A stretch of 64,000 nucleotides of DNA from an uncultured Thermoplasmata archaeon (lineage in GTDB: Archaea; Thermoplasmatota; Thermoplasmata; Lutacidiplasmatales; UBA184). Shown piece after piece: positions 1 through 9,439 of this stretch (its first letter is position 1; each line of letters opens with the position of its first letter). The notes under the pieces were generated by a model. It searched no databases, was not told the origin of the DNA, and was given only the letters and a program-made list of their open reading frames with translations. The stretch lies in contig CAWBEU010000007.1 of NCBI GenBank assembly GCA_963787975.1, positions 21,640 through 85,639 on the forward strand. The letters run 5' to 3'. The position numbers and the translations under genes were made by a program.

Positions 1-887
1 CCGCCGAACCCGTCCATCTGCCGGCGCGCGATGGCGTGGCCCGGGTGCTGCGGGAGGCCCGGGTACAGCGTTCGGAGAATCTTGGGATGCCCCTCCAGGT
101 AGTCGGCGACCCGTTGGGCATTCTCCGCGTGCTGGCGAACGCGCACCCCGAGGGTCCGGACTCCACGAATCATGAGGTAACAGTCGAAGGGACTCGGGAC
201 GCCGCCGGCCGAGTTCTGGAACCAGTAGAGCTTCTTGAGCAGAGGCCGGGAGCGCACCACCAGCGCTCCGCCAAGAACGTCGCTGTGGCCTCCGATGTAC
301 TTCGTGGTCGAATGAACCACGATATCGGCCCCGAGTTCGAGCGGCCGCTGGAAGACCGGGCTCGCGAACGTGTTGTCGACCGCGACCTTCGCTAGCCCAC
401 GACGAGCGATCGCGATGGCGCCTCTCAGGTCCGTGATCTTGAGAAGCGGGTTGGTCGGGGTCTCCAAGTACAGCAGATCCACGGCGGGTCCCTCGGCGAA
501 GGCGCGGCGGACGTTCGCCAAGTTCGTTGTGTCCACGAAGTCCACCCTCACCCCGTGGGTTCGCGCCAGTTCGAGCAGGCGTTGGGCGCCGTGATAGAGG
601 TCGTCCCCCGCAACGATCCGGCTACCCGACGGGTACCCCATGAACAGGGCGGAGATCGCGGCGAGCCCCGACCCGAAGGCGAGGGCACCCGCGCCTCCCT
701 CTAATCTCGCCAGGATCCGCTCGAGGGCGGCGCGCGTCGGGTTCCCCGTGCGAGAGTAGACATAGCCTTGCGAAACCCCGGGGGAGGATTGCCGGAACGT
801 CGTCGAAAGGTAGACGGGAACGTTCACAGCGCCGGTCAGCGGGTCCGGGGCCTGACCGTCGTGAATGAGTCGAGTGTCCCACTCCAT
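1..887 (-). CDS. PLP-dependent cystathionine gamma-synthase/gamma-lyase family (Cys/Met metabolism); 3' end runs off the window
   Basis: Manual translation from ATG at 887: MEWDTRLIHDGQAPDPLTGAVNVPVYLSTTF...YSRTGNPTR...FGSGLAAI...ETPTNPLL...DNTFASP...HSTTKYIGGHSDVLGG (PLP lysine motif). Not in the ORF track because it is truncated. Confidence 0.93.
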   Translation of the reverse strand, partial: MEWDTRLIHDGQAPDPLTGAVNVPVYLSTTFRQSSPGVSQGYVYSRTGNPTRAALERILARLEGGAGALAFGSGLAAISALFMGYPSGSRIVAGDDLYHGAQRLLELARTHGVRVDFVDTTNLANVRRAFAEGPAVDLLYLETPTNPLLKITDLRGAIAIARRGLAKVAVDNTFASPVFQRPLELGADIVVHSTTKYIGGHSDVLGGALVVRSRPLLKKLYWFQNSAGGVPSPFDCYLMIRGVRTLGVRVRQHAENAQRVADYLEGHPKILRTLYPGLPQHPGHAIARRQMDGFG

Positions 888-1041
888 CAAGGGCCGCCAA
901 AGCGAGTCTTCTCTTGAATCGTTCGGCTGGTCTCCACAGTACGCCTGTTCGGCGTGCGATATTGTCGTGAAGCGCGTTTGCCAACATATTTAGACCTCCT
1001 CTTCCTGCTCGTGCTAGACCGCGTCGTGCCGCCGGAAGGCT

Positions 1042-2706
1042 GTGCGGGGGAACACGGAATTGACCGCTGCGATGGAAGCCGAGACGCCGGGCTTTGCGAT
1101 GAACACACCCGCCGCAAGCGCGACGCAGCCGGGCCTGTACGTCCGGCAGACATCGGGCCTCGTCCGTACGGTTGGGCCGCGCACCGCCCTGTTCGCGAAC
1201 CTCGTCGGCATGGGCATCATCGTGAACTATTTCTGGATCGTTTTTGCCTCCGCCGGCTACCCCAACGCGAACCTCGTTACGACGGTAGGTATTGGGGTCC
1301 TGATCAACCTCGGCGTCGGGTACGTCTACTGGATGCTGTCCAGCTCCATGCCGCGGTCCGGTGGGGACTATGTCTTTCTCGGGCGAATCTTCCACCCGAG
1401 CATCGGACTTGGCACGAACCTCTTGTTCACCGTTGTCTTCGTGACCTGGGCAGGGTACTTCGCGTACTACACCGCCATCTTTGGAATTCCAACGACGCTA
1501 GCTGCGTACAGTGTGGCCGGCGGTGGCTCCCAAGCTTTGACGATGGCGACCACCCTGGCTTCTTCGCATATCGACCAATTCCTCATCGGCTTCTTCGTCT
1601 TGCTCCTGGTGGTGCTCGTCAGCCTGCTTCCCACGAAGTGGATCTTCCGCACCATCGTCGGGATCTTCGTCCTCTCCGGCATCATCTACATCCTGATGCT
1701 TGGCGTCCTTCTCACGACGTCTCAGGCGACCTTCGCTGCCGATTGGAACGCCGCTAACACCGGGGCCTACTCGTACCAGGCCCTCGCCAGCAGTGTCGCG
1801 GGCACCACGGGCATCACGGTCGCCGGCACCTTCCTCGGCATCGTCTACACGATGCTGAGCTTCATCGGCTACGCGAACAGCTCCTACTACGGTGGCGAGA
1901 TCCGAGGGAACCCGACGCGAACGCAGGGACTCGCCATCTTCGGCGCCCCGCTCATCTTCGCCGTATTGATCGCCGTGTTGTACGCCGCCACCTATGCGAC
2001 GTTCGGACGGAATTTCCTCATCGGCGCCAGCCTTACGTACGTCACGGGAGGCTCGTTCGCCGCGATTCCGTCCCCTCTGTTCCTCGCCGCGTACATCCTT
2101 CACGGAGATCCGCTGCTGTCCGCCTTCCTCTCGTTCGGTCTGATCCTGACGTTCTTCGGGTTCGCCCTGGTCTACTTCATCGTCCCTACCCGGAACATCT
2201 TCTCGTGGTCGTTCGACCGCATCCTTCCGACCGCCTTCGCGAAGGTTAGTCGGCACGGCGTGCCGTGGGTCGCGGTGATCCTGCTCGCCGTCGCATCGTT
2301 CATCGTGCTCTGGGTCGGGGTCTACACCACACTCCTCTCCTACCTCTCATACTCCAACTTCGGGTTCTGGCTCGCGGTCGGCCTGGTCTGCCTCGGCGGG
2401 GCCCTGTTCCCGTTCCTGCGCCCCCAGCTCTTCCGCAGCAGCCCGCGGATCGTACAGGCCCGGGTCGGACGCGTCCCGGTGATCACCATCGTCGGGATCG
2501 TGAGCTGGATCTCCGCGTGGTTCGTCAGTTACGCCGCGTCGACGGCGCAATATGTGGAGCCGTCGGGGGCGTACAGCTACGCCTACCTTCTCTTCCTGCC
2601 GATCGTGTTCGTGATCGGCGTCGTGATCTACTGGATCTCCCGGGCGATCCAGATCTCGCGCGGCGTTCCCATGGACCTCATCAACAAGGAGCTCCCGCCT
2701 GAGTAA
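1042..2706 (+). CDS. APC-family amino acid/polyamine permease (copy 1)
   Basis: About 12 hydrophobic segments; N-terminal RQTSGLVR, MPRSGGDY motif, C-terminal KELPPE. Confidence 0.9.
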   Translation: MRGNTELTAAMEAETPGFAMNTPAASATQPGLYVRQTSGLVRTVGPRTALFANLVGMGIIVNYFWIVFASAGYPNANLVTTVGIGVLINLGVGYVYWMLSSSMPRSGGDYVFLGRIFHPSIGLGTNLLFTVVFVTWAGYFAYYTAIFGIPTTLAAYSVAGGGSQALTMATTLASSHIDQFLIGFFVLLLVVLVSLLPTKWIFRTIVGIFVLSGIIYILMLGVLLTTSQATFAADWNAANTGAYSYQALASSVAGTTGITVAGTFLGIVYTMLSFIGYANSSYYGGEIRGNPTRTQGLAIFGAPLIFAVLIAVLYAATYATFGRNFLIGASLTYVTGGSFAAIPSPLFLAAYILHGDPLLSAFLSFGLILTFFGFALVYFIVPTRNIFSWSFDRILPTAFAKVSRHGVPWVAVILLAVASFIVLWVGVYTTLLSYLSYSNFGFWLAVGLVCLGGALFPFLRPQLFRSSPRIVQARVGRVPVITIVGIVSWISAWFVSYAASTAQYVEPSGAYSYAYLLFLPIVFVIGVVIYWISRAIQISRGVPMDLINKELPPE

Positions 2707-2763
2707 CGGCGCTCACTAGGACGAGAGCGAGCTTTTGAGCTCCGACTCTCCTCCGGGGTTTCC

Positions 2764-3798
2764 GTGGACGAGCTCGTAGAGGTGATCGTCGATCCGTTCA
2801 CCCAGGAGAAGCTCCCGCTTCGCCTGCCCCTCGTATTCCGGACGGAGCCGGCCAAGGCCCGGGAGGCGTTGGGACTTCCGGACTATGTCGATACCACCGA
2901 CCCGGTCATGGGGCGGGCGGTCGGCCTGCTTCACGGCCTCTCGATGGAGCTGCCCGGTCACGCGATCGCTCTTCTGGGTGGGGTCGCCTACCGGTTTCGG
3001 TCGCCCTCCAGCAACTCTACGACCGGCGGCCTCCGCCGACCATTGCACGACATCGACATCTGCTGCCACCACCCCGACGCGAAGAAGCTCCACACCGCGC
3101 TGCTCACGCTCGGACAACGTCAGGGCAGCGCGCTGACCGTCGTCGAGACCCACGCCGACCGGATGTTCAACGCGCTGATGGGCGGTCGGCGCATGCGGCT
3201 GCATAACGTCAACCAGGTCGTGGAAGGCCGGTGCGTGTTGGGAACGATCGACGTGCTGGCCGATGAGTTCCGGTTCTGCCACAACCTGGACCTCAAGGCC
3301 GACATCACCCAGGCCCCGAAGGACGGGCACACCCTCGCCCTCTCCACGCTCCTCCTCACGAAGCTGCAGTTCATCCAGAGCATCCCCGCCGAACACCGGG
3401 CCCAGGTCCCCGGTCGTGTCCTCGGCCCCTTCGGCAAAAAGGAGCTCGTCATCGGACCAGAGGACAAGGACGTCCGGGACATCCTGGCGGTCCTCATCGA
3501 CCGCTCGCTCGGAGAGGGCCCGGGCGAGATCTCTCCCACCCGGTTCGTGGCACCCCTGACCTCGGATTGGGGGTTCTGGACCACGGTGCGGCTCAATCTG
3601 GACCATCTGGGAAAGTCCCCCCTTTTCGAGGCGCTGCCTCCCGCATCGAGGTCCGCGGTGCTGCCGAAAATCGAGACGTTGCGGGCCGCGACCGACCGCG
3701 TGCTACCGAAACGGCGCTTTGGGTTCCTGCAACGCGAGTGGTGGGAGCCGGTCGAATCGTTCGGAGCGGCGACCCAGTCGGCGGCCTCTTCCACCTGA
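2764..3798 (+). CDS. Uncharacterised nucleotidyltransferase-fold protein (copy 1)
   Basis: hGG..DhD signature (LLGGVA...HDIDI), later IDV, LLLTKLQ, DWGFW; clear paralog of 14907-15695. Confidence 0.7.
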   Translation: MDELVEVIVDPFTQEKLPLRLPLVFRTEPAKAREALGLPDYVDTTDPVMGRAVGLLHGLSMELPGHAIALLGGVAYRFRSPSSNSTTGGLRRPLHDIDICCHHPDAKKLHTALLTLGQRQGSALTVVETHADRMFNALMGGRRMRLHNVNQVVEGRCVLGTIDVLADEFRFCHNLDLKADITQAPKDGHTLALSTLLLTKLQFIQSIPAEHRAQVPGRVLGPFGKKELVIGPEDKDVRDILAVLIDRSLGEGPGEISPTRFVAPLTSDWGFWTTVRLNLDHLGKSPLFEALPPASRSAVLPKIETLRAATDRVLPKRRFGFLQREWWEPVESFGAATQSAASST

Positions 3799-3804
3799 AC
3801 GGGG

Positions 3805-4763
3805 TCACCCGGTCGTCAAGAGATGCGACCGGACGCGGTCCGGCTCCAGGTCCACGACGAGGCCCTGGAGGACCCCTTCGCTGTAGGCGCTGCCCGGGTT
3901 CACGCAGAGCGTTCGGCCCAGCTGGGAGAATCCTTTCGACTCGTGAATGTGGCCGTGCAGTCCGAGAAGCGGCTGGACCTGCTCAATGGCGGCGCGGACG
4001 GCCGTGCTGCCGACGTGGACCATCTCGGGCTCGCCGCCCGGACCCATCACCTTCGTGAGGTCCGCCGTGAGGCGAGGGGCAAGGTCGAGCTGGGTCCCCA
4101 CTGGCGGGACATGGATATTGAAGACGGTCCGTCCGGGGTTGCTCGAGCTTCTCCACCCACGAGCGCAGCCGTTCGGCGATTTCCGCCTCGGTCAACTCGC
4201 GGTTGGTGTGCCATGGCGTGATGTTGCTGTAGGGGAGGGTGAGCAACTCGTGATGGTCGTCGAGATGGAGGAGTCGTCCGTCGGTCAGTTCCACGTAGTC
4301 GCTCTGCGAGAGGATTCCCTCCATCTCGTCGAAATCGTCGTTCCCGAGCCCGATGAGCGTCCGAATGCCCGTCCCTCGCAGCCGCGTGGCCGCGAGGTCA
4401 ACCCACTGGCCTACCACCTCGAGGGCCAGCTGCTTGAACAGTCGCGTCCGCACGAGGCCGGTCCTGGGACAGCTCCTCCCATTCCTTGAGGGTGGTACGG
4501 TACGGGATCGAGCCCATGGCGCGCAAGTCCTCCTCGAGGCGGGACAGATCGGTAGCTGTCTGCACCCACCGGCGGCTTCCCAGGTAGAGGCCGGTCCATC
4601 CGCCATTCTCGGGCCAGAGGGGTGTGATCGTCTTCCCGGCGATATCGCCCCCGATCAGCAGGACCTGCGCCTCGTAGACCTTCCCGGCGTTCACAAACTT
4701 CCGGAAGCATCGCTCGGACCCGTGCAGGTCGGCCACGAAGAAGATCCGGGTGGGCTTCGCCAT
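3805..4763 (-). pseudogene. Calcineurin-like metallophosphoesterase (copy 1), split by two +1 frameshifts (~4442, ~4128); pseudogene or sequencing error
   Basis: Three consecutive frames give DLHGS/GGD, GNDD...NITPWHT, NIHVPP...GHIHE...NPGS, collinear with the intact paralog 13947-14903. Confidence 0.8.
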
Positions 4764-4893
4764 GCGTTCTACCCGCGGGGGGCGAGACAGGTCCGGCTAA
4801 AAGGGTTCGCCGAGCGCTCCTGAGGAGTCTCCCGAGTCCTGGGCACGATTTCGGGACGAAAGACTTTAGCAGGGACCCGGGACTGGGCCGCCG

Positions 4894-5349
4894 ATGGCTG
4901 AAGAGCTCTACCCGATCATCATTCAGGTTACGATCCCTCTCCCGACGCATATGATCTTCTCGGCGCTGACCGAGCCCGCCGGACTGACCGGTTGGCTCTG
5001 CGCGGAGGCCCACGTCGACAAACGGGTCGGCGGGGAGTGCCGATTACGATTCGAGGGAGAGACTCCCTTCGAGACCCACGGCGCGGTGACCCACTTTACC
5101 CCGGACGTCGACTTCGGGTTTGAGTGGCGCGCCCCGAAGGCCTTCGCCGCGTTCATGAACGACCCCTCCCCCACGACCCGGGTGTACTTCCGACTCGCCG
5201 ATTCCCCCGAGGGCATTGACGTCACGTTGGAGCACATCGGCTGGGGATCCGGGGACAACTGGGAAGAGGCACGGTCCTGGCACTTCCATCTCTGGGACGA
5301 CAAGACGCAGCAGCTGAAGGCCTACCTGATCAAGACCGCCTACGGCTGA
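4894..5349 (+). CDS. SRPBCC/AHSA1 (START-fold) domain protein
   Basis: IFSALTEPAGLTGW, VGGECRLRF, VTLEHIGWG, W..HLW pattern typical of AHSA1. Confidence 0.8.
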   Translation: MAEELYPIIIQVTIPLPTHMIFSALTEPAGLTGWLCAEAHVDKRVGGECRLRFEGETPFETHGAVTHFTPDVDFGFEWRAPKAFAAFMNDPSPTTRVYFRLADSPEGIDVTLEHIGWGSGDNWEEARSWHFHLWDDKTQQLKAYLIKTAYG

Positions 5350-5368
5350 CGGAAAACGCGGCCTAGGT

Positions 5369-5533
5369 TCAGCCGACGGGATGGTACCGCGGGCAGACCA
5401 GCGCTCCACAAACGGAGCAGAAGCCCTCGGGGGCCATGTGAAACCCCCCGGGCTTGCCGGGAGCGTCGGGGACGACGATCATGTGCTGCGTCGGGAAATG
5501 CCCGCAGCCGCAGCGGGCGCGGCCCGTCGGCAC
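5369..5533 (-). CDS. Putative 54-aa Cys/His-rich zinc-binding micro-protein (not in ORF track)
   Basis: GTG at 5533 to TGA at 5369: VPTGRARCGCGHFPTQHMIVVPDAPGKPGGFHMAPEGFCSVCGALVCPRYHPVG; fills an otherwise empty gap. Confidence 0.5.
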   Translation of the reverse strand: MPTGRARCGCGHFPTQHMIVVPDAPGKPGGFHMAPEGFCSVCGALVCPRYHPVG

Positions 5534-5667
5534 GGACTGTGCGACGATACCATTCCCCCCGTCGGGGAAGGGGGACCTGAGCCCAAAAAGGCTTCCAAAA
5601 CCGTGAACGGGATTGGGATGCCTCCACTGCAGCGAATCGATAAACGCCCTCCCGCTACGGCCCCTCC

Positions 5668-6387
5668 ATGGACGTTCTTGGCTGCCCCGTCCCCGACGAT
5701 TGCTGGGTAGATATCGAGAACGATACGTGGACCCGAGTCGAGGGCGATGGCGTCACGTTCTCCGCCGGGGTGCTCGCCTCCCAGGCGGCCTTCGTCGGTC
5801 GGTACATTTCCGTGCGGTTCCGCGAAGTGGATGGCGTCCTCGAGCGGGAACGCAGCGTCGCGACGCTGGAGAGCCTCCGCTCCACGGCGCCGTTTCGGAT
5901 CCCCGTCACGGCGCGGGTCATCGCCCGGAACGAGGCCCTCGCGACGCGCCCCAAGCTCCTCAATGATTCACCCTATGAGCAGGGGTGGGTCGTACGGATC
6001 GCTCCCTCCGACCCCCGGGACGTTCCCCGGTGGCTGGCGCGCCCGGAGGCGGTACGGGACGTCCTCGCCGCCCGCATCACCGAGCGACGGATCCACTGCT
6101 ATCCCGCCGTCCCTGACCTCGAGATGTACGAGATCGGCTCGGAATGCTCCGCGACACTCGCCAAGCTCGACGAGGAGCTCGGACATCGCGAAGCCGGCGA
6201 CGTGGTCCTGCTCGTCACGGACGACCCCACCAGCCCGATCGAGCTCGTCCGGTGGGCCGACCGTACCGGGCACGCCGTGCTCCACCACCGGGTCGAGGGC
6301 AATCTCCACCATTTCCTCATTCGGAAAGAGGCGGCTCCCGTGCCGCGTGTGCGCCGCGCGACGACCGGGGAGATCGGAAGCGGCTAG
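5668..6387 (+). CDS. Fusion of a GcvH-like (glycine cleavage H/lipoyl-carrier fold) domain with a C-terminal TusA/SirA-like domain
   Basis: N-terminal ATLESLRS...PVTARVIARNEAL...PKLLNDSPYEQGWVVRI (GcvH); C-terminal GSECSATL...GDVVLLVTDDP...HHFLIRK (TusA). Confidence 0.78.
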   Translation: MDVLGCPVPDDCWVDIENDTWTRVEGDGVTFSAGVLASQAAFVGRYISVRFREVDGVLERERSVATLESLRSTAPFRIPVTARVIARNEALATRPKLLNDSPYEQGWVVRIAPSDPRDVPRWLARPEAVRDVLAARITERRIHCYPAVPDLEMYEIGSECSATLAKLDEELGHREAGDVVLLVTDDPTSPIELVRWADRTGHAVLHHRVEGNLHHFLIRKEAAPVPRVRRATTGEIGSG

Positions 6388-7250
6388 ACGGTCTTTTCGA
6401 CCGGCACGCGCACTCGGTTGCCCCACTCGGACCACGAGCCGTCGTAGTTCCGGACGTCGGGGTAGCCCAGGAGATATGTCAGCACGAACCAGGAGTGGCT
6501 CGACCGCTCGCCGATCCGGCAGTATGTGATCACCGGCTTGTTCGGCGTGACTCCCTTCGGAACGTACAGGGCCTCGATCTCCTCACGGGTCTTGAACGTC
6601 CCATCGTCCTTCACGGTCTGGGCCCACGGGATGCTCGCGGCGCCGGGGATGTGGCCTCCGCGTTGGGCGGCCTCGTTCGGGTATTCCGGAGGCGCAGTGA
6701 TCTCGCCCGAGAACTCCTTCGGTCCGCGGACGTCGACCAGCGCGAGCTTGCCGGCCTCGACCTCAGGGAGCCGACCGAGCACGTCCTCGAAGTAGACGCG
6801 CAGCCTGGCGTCAGGCGGGCTCTTCGCGGTGTAGGTGCTGGGGGTGACGGTCGGAACGTCCTTCGTGAGCGGCTTGTCCTCCTCGATCCATTTCTTTCGG
6901 CCGCCGTTCAGGATCCGAACGTCGTTGACGTGATGGTACTTGAACACCCAGAAGGCGTAGGCGGCGAACCAGTTGTTGAAGTCCCCGTACAGGACCAGGG
7001 TGGTGTCCGGTTTGACCCCCTTCGCGCGGAAGAGGGCCTGCAGCTGCGCGGTGTCGATGATGTCCCGCCGGACCTGGTCGTTGATGTCCTTCTTCCAATC
7101 GAACAGGACGGCGCCCGGGATGTGGCCGGTAAAGTAGTTCGCCTGTGGGTCGTAATCGACCTCGGCGACGAGCACCTTCGGGTCCTTGGCGTGTTCGGTC
7201 AGCCAAGCGGTGTCGACCAGGACCTCGGGGTGCGCGAACGGCTTCGACAT
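6384..7250 (-). CDS. Tandem-domain rhodanese (thiosulfate/3-mercaptopyruvate sulfurtransferase)
   Basis: GHIPGA twice, LNGGRKKW, DVR, active-site YCRIGERS, YDGSWSEWG; start placed at MSKPFAHPE. Confidence 0.93.
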   Translation of the reverse strand: MSKPFAHPEVLVDTAWLTEHAKDPKVLVAEVDYDPQANYFTGHIPGAVLFDWKKDINDQVRRDIIDTAQLQALFRAKGVKPDTTLVLYGDFNNWFAAYAFWVFKYHHVNDVRILNGGRKKWIEEDKPLTKDVPTVTPSTYTAKSPPDARLRVYFEDVLGRLPEVEAGKLALVDVRGPKEFSGEITAPPEYPNEAAQRGGHIPGAASIPWAQTVKDDGTFKTREEIEALYVPKGVTPNKPVITYCRIGERSSHSWFVLTYLLGYPDVRNYDGSWSEWGNRVRVPVEKTV

Positions 7251-7370
7251 GGTTTCGTTACTCTCTCGGGACGGGCCCGTAGCCTGCCTCGGGGGACCGT
7301 GGGTAAAGGGCGCTTGGTAACGTGGAGGTAACTGCACCTCGGTCCGCCCGTTCGGCCGGGGCCGTCGGAC

Positions 7371-7688
7371 TCAGTCCCGGCGGCCGCGTCGGGGCAGCTC
7401 GTCGGTGGAGACCTCGATGGTCCCGGGGTCGAAGCCGAGTTTCTCGAGCTCGACCCGAATGCGGGAGCGATGGTCGCCCTGGAGGTAGACCTCCCCTTCG
7501 ACCACGGACCCACCGGTCGCGAGTCGGTTCTTGAGTACCCGCGTCGTCTCGGCGAGGTCGGTGCCCGTCGGGAATCCGGAGATGACGGTGGCCGGCTTGT
7601 TGTACCGCCGGGGTTCGACACGGACCCGAATGCGGGCGGTCTCTCGGTCGAGCGCCGACAGGATCTCGTCGAACTCGTTGCTACCCAT
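7371..7688 (-). CDS. sui1: Translation initiation factor SUI1/aIF1
   Basis: IRVRVEPRRYNKPATVISGF...LKNRLATGGSV...LQGDHRSRI...LEKLGF. Confidence 0.9.
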   Translation of the reverse strand: MGSNEFDEILSALDRETARIRVRVEPRRYNKPATVISGFPTGTDLAETTRVLKNRLATGGSVVEGEVYLQGDHRSRIRVELEKLGFDPGTIEVSTDELPRRGRRD

Positions 7689-7886
7689 GATTCAGGTGTT
7701 TCCTCTCGTCCGGGCGCCCGAGAGTCCGGTCCCCTGTCGGTCCGTCCGGCCAGAATCCTGGCCGAAAGCGGGTAGGTCGTAATGGGGGGTTTCTATTCGG
7801 AGCAGCACCGGTTTCGGAGGGTCGAAGCGGCAGGGGATTATAGAGCCTCGTACCCCGGCGATGGGCGGGTCGTCGAGGGCTTCCCG

Positions 7887-8663
7887 CTACCGTTCGCCCC
7901 ACCGGTACAGGCTCACCGCGATGGCGGTGCCGAGCACGGCGGCCACCGCGAGCAGCCCCGCGTCGAGGGCCGACCCGAAGCCGACCGACACCCCCGCTGG
8001 TAGGAGTCCCACGCTCGACTGGACGATGACCGCCGCGTAGGTTCCGGGCAGGAAGTAGGCGATCGACTGCCAGACGTGCGGGAGCAGCCAGATGGGAAGG
8101 TAGAGCGGGCTCAGCATTCCGAGGGACGTGAACAGCAGGTTGCCCACGGGCCAGATCTCCCGCTGGCTCCGGAGCCGACTCGAAATCGCGATCCCGATCG
8201 CGGAGAAGAGGATCCACAAGAGCCCGATCGAGCCGACCAGCTCGATCCAGGCGATCCAGGGAACGTGGACCACCGAGGCGAGCAGCAGGCTCAGCACCAC
8301 GTAGGCCGGCAGCGCCGCGATCATGTTGGAGACCGCGATGCCGAACAGGTAGCCCACCTTTCCCAGCGGCGAGACGATGAACAGGTCCTGGAGCGAGGAT
8401 TCGAGCCGCCAGTAGGCCGAGTCCCCGAGCACCCAGTTCCCGATGTTCTGGGTGGTGAACAGCATCGCGCCAATGATCTCGAGCGGGAACAGCCCCGGCG
8501 GCGAGATCAATTTGAGGAAGTACAGGAAGATGAACGGCAACAGGATCGGCGCGATCGTCGCCGCCGGGTTCCGGCTGATCCACCGCCAGCCGATCAGGGC
8601 GAAGGCGGGGAAGACGCGGCCCCGGTGAGGCAGCTCGAACGCGGGGGCGGTGGCGCCGGCCAT
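7887..8663 (-). CDS. ABC-2 type transporter permease
   Basis: Six TM segments, LQDLFIVSPL, LSPLYLPIWLLPHVWQSIAYFLPGTY; start at MAGATAP. Confidence 0.8.
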   Translation of the reverse strand: MAGATAPAFELPHRGRVFPAFALIGWRWISRNPAATIAPILLPFIFLYFLKLISPPGLFPLEIIGAMLFTTQNIGNWVLGDSAYWRLESSLQDLFIVSPLGKVGYLFGIAVSNMIAALPAYVVLSLLLASVVHVPWIAWIELVGSIGLLWILFSAIGIAISSRLRSQREIWPVGNLLFTSLGMLSPLYLPIWLLPHVWQSIAYFLPGTYAAVIVQSSVGLLPAGVSVGFGSALDAGLLAVAAVLGTAIAVSLYRWGER

Positions 8664-8665
8664 GT

Positions 8666-9439
8666 TCAGCGCTCCCGCGAGATCCGGCGCGCCCAGTAGA
8701 CGGCCCCCACGAAGGCGAGACTCGCCGCGACGACCAGGCTCACCGAGGCGAGGACTATCCATCCGGTCGGGAGGGGCAGGATCCCCGCCGCATACTCCGC
8801 CACGGCGGCGCCGCCCGCGGTCGGAAGGAGGAGGACGAGGGGCTGCAGCGCCTTAGGGAACAGGAAGAGCGGATAGAAGACCGGCGGGAGGACGCCGAAG
8901 AAATTGAAGAACAGTGTCGAGTACGGCCAGATGCTCCGCATGTTCTTGAACCAGGTCGAGATCATGTAGCCGACCGATGCGGTGAAAACGAACTCCGCGC
9001 CGAGGACGGCGACCAGGACGAGGGTCGCCGGCGCGGTGAACGCGACGATGACGGCAGCGGCCGAGAACAGGACCACGATGGGGAGGCAGTACGCGATCAG
9101 GATCCCCACGGACATCCCGAGGAAGTACGCCTCGGGGGTCATCGGCGAGGCGTGGTAGAGCTCGTGCAGCTTGTGGTCGATCCGGATCCAGGCCGCCTCG
9201 TTCTGGACCCGTTGGCCGATCTGGAACGTCGAAAAGACCACCGCGCCGATGAGCGTGTACCAGAGGTACTGCCGGGCCAGGACGGCCACGAAGACGAGGA
9301 ACACGGCCTGGACGATGATCGACGTCGCGATGGAAAGGACCTCATGCAACTGCACTCGGAGCTCGGTCCCGACGAAGGCCCCGAGGCCGGTCCACCGGGA
9401 TCGGGTGACCGTCGGTAGCGGCGCTTCAAGATTCGTCAT
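8666..9439 (-). CDS. ABC-2 type transporter permease
   Basis: Six TM segments, LHELYHASPM, LPPVFYPL..FPKALQPL; overlaps the ATPase stop. Confidence 0.8.
   Translation of the reverse strand: MTNLEAPLPTVTRSRWTGLGAFVGTELRVQLHEVLSIATSIIVQAVFLVFVAVLARQYLWYTLIGAVVFSTFQIGQRVQNEAAWIRIDHKLHELYHASPMTPEAYFLGMSVGILIAYCLPIVVLFSAAAVIVAFTAPATLVLVAVLGAEFVFTASVGYMISTWFKNMRSIWPYSTLFFNFFGVLPPVFYPLFLFPKALQPLVLLLPTAGGAAVAEYAAGILPLPTGWIVLASVSLVVAASLAFVGAVYWARRISRER

Noticed and set aside
5668-6387. Functional glycine cleavage system
   Set aside because: The lipoyl Lys is absent and there are no gcvT/gcvP genes in the window.
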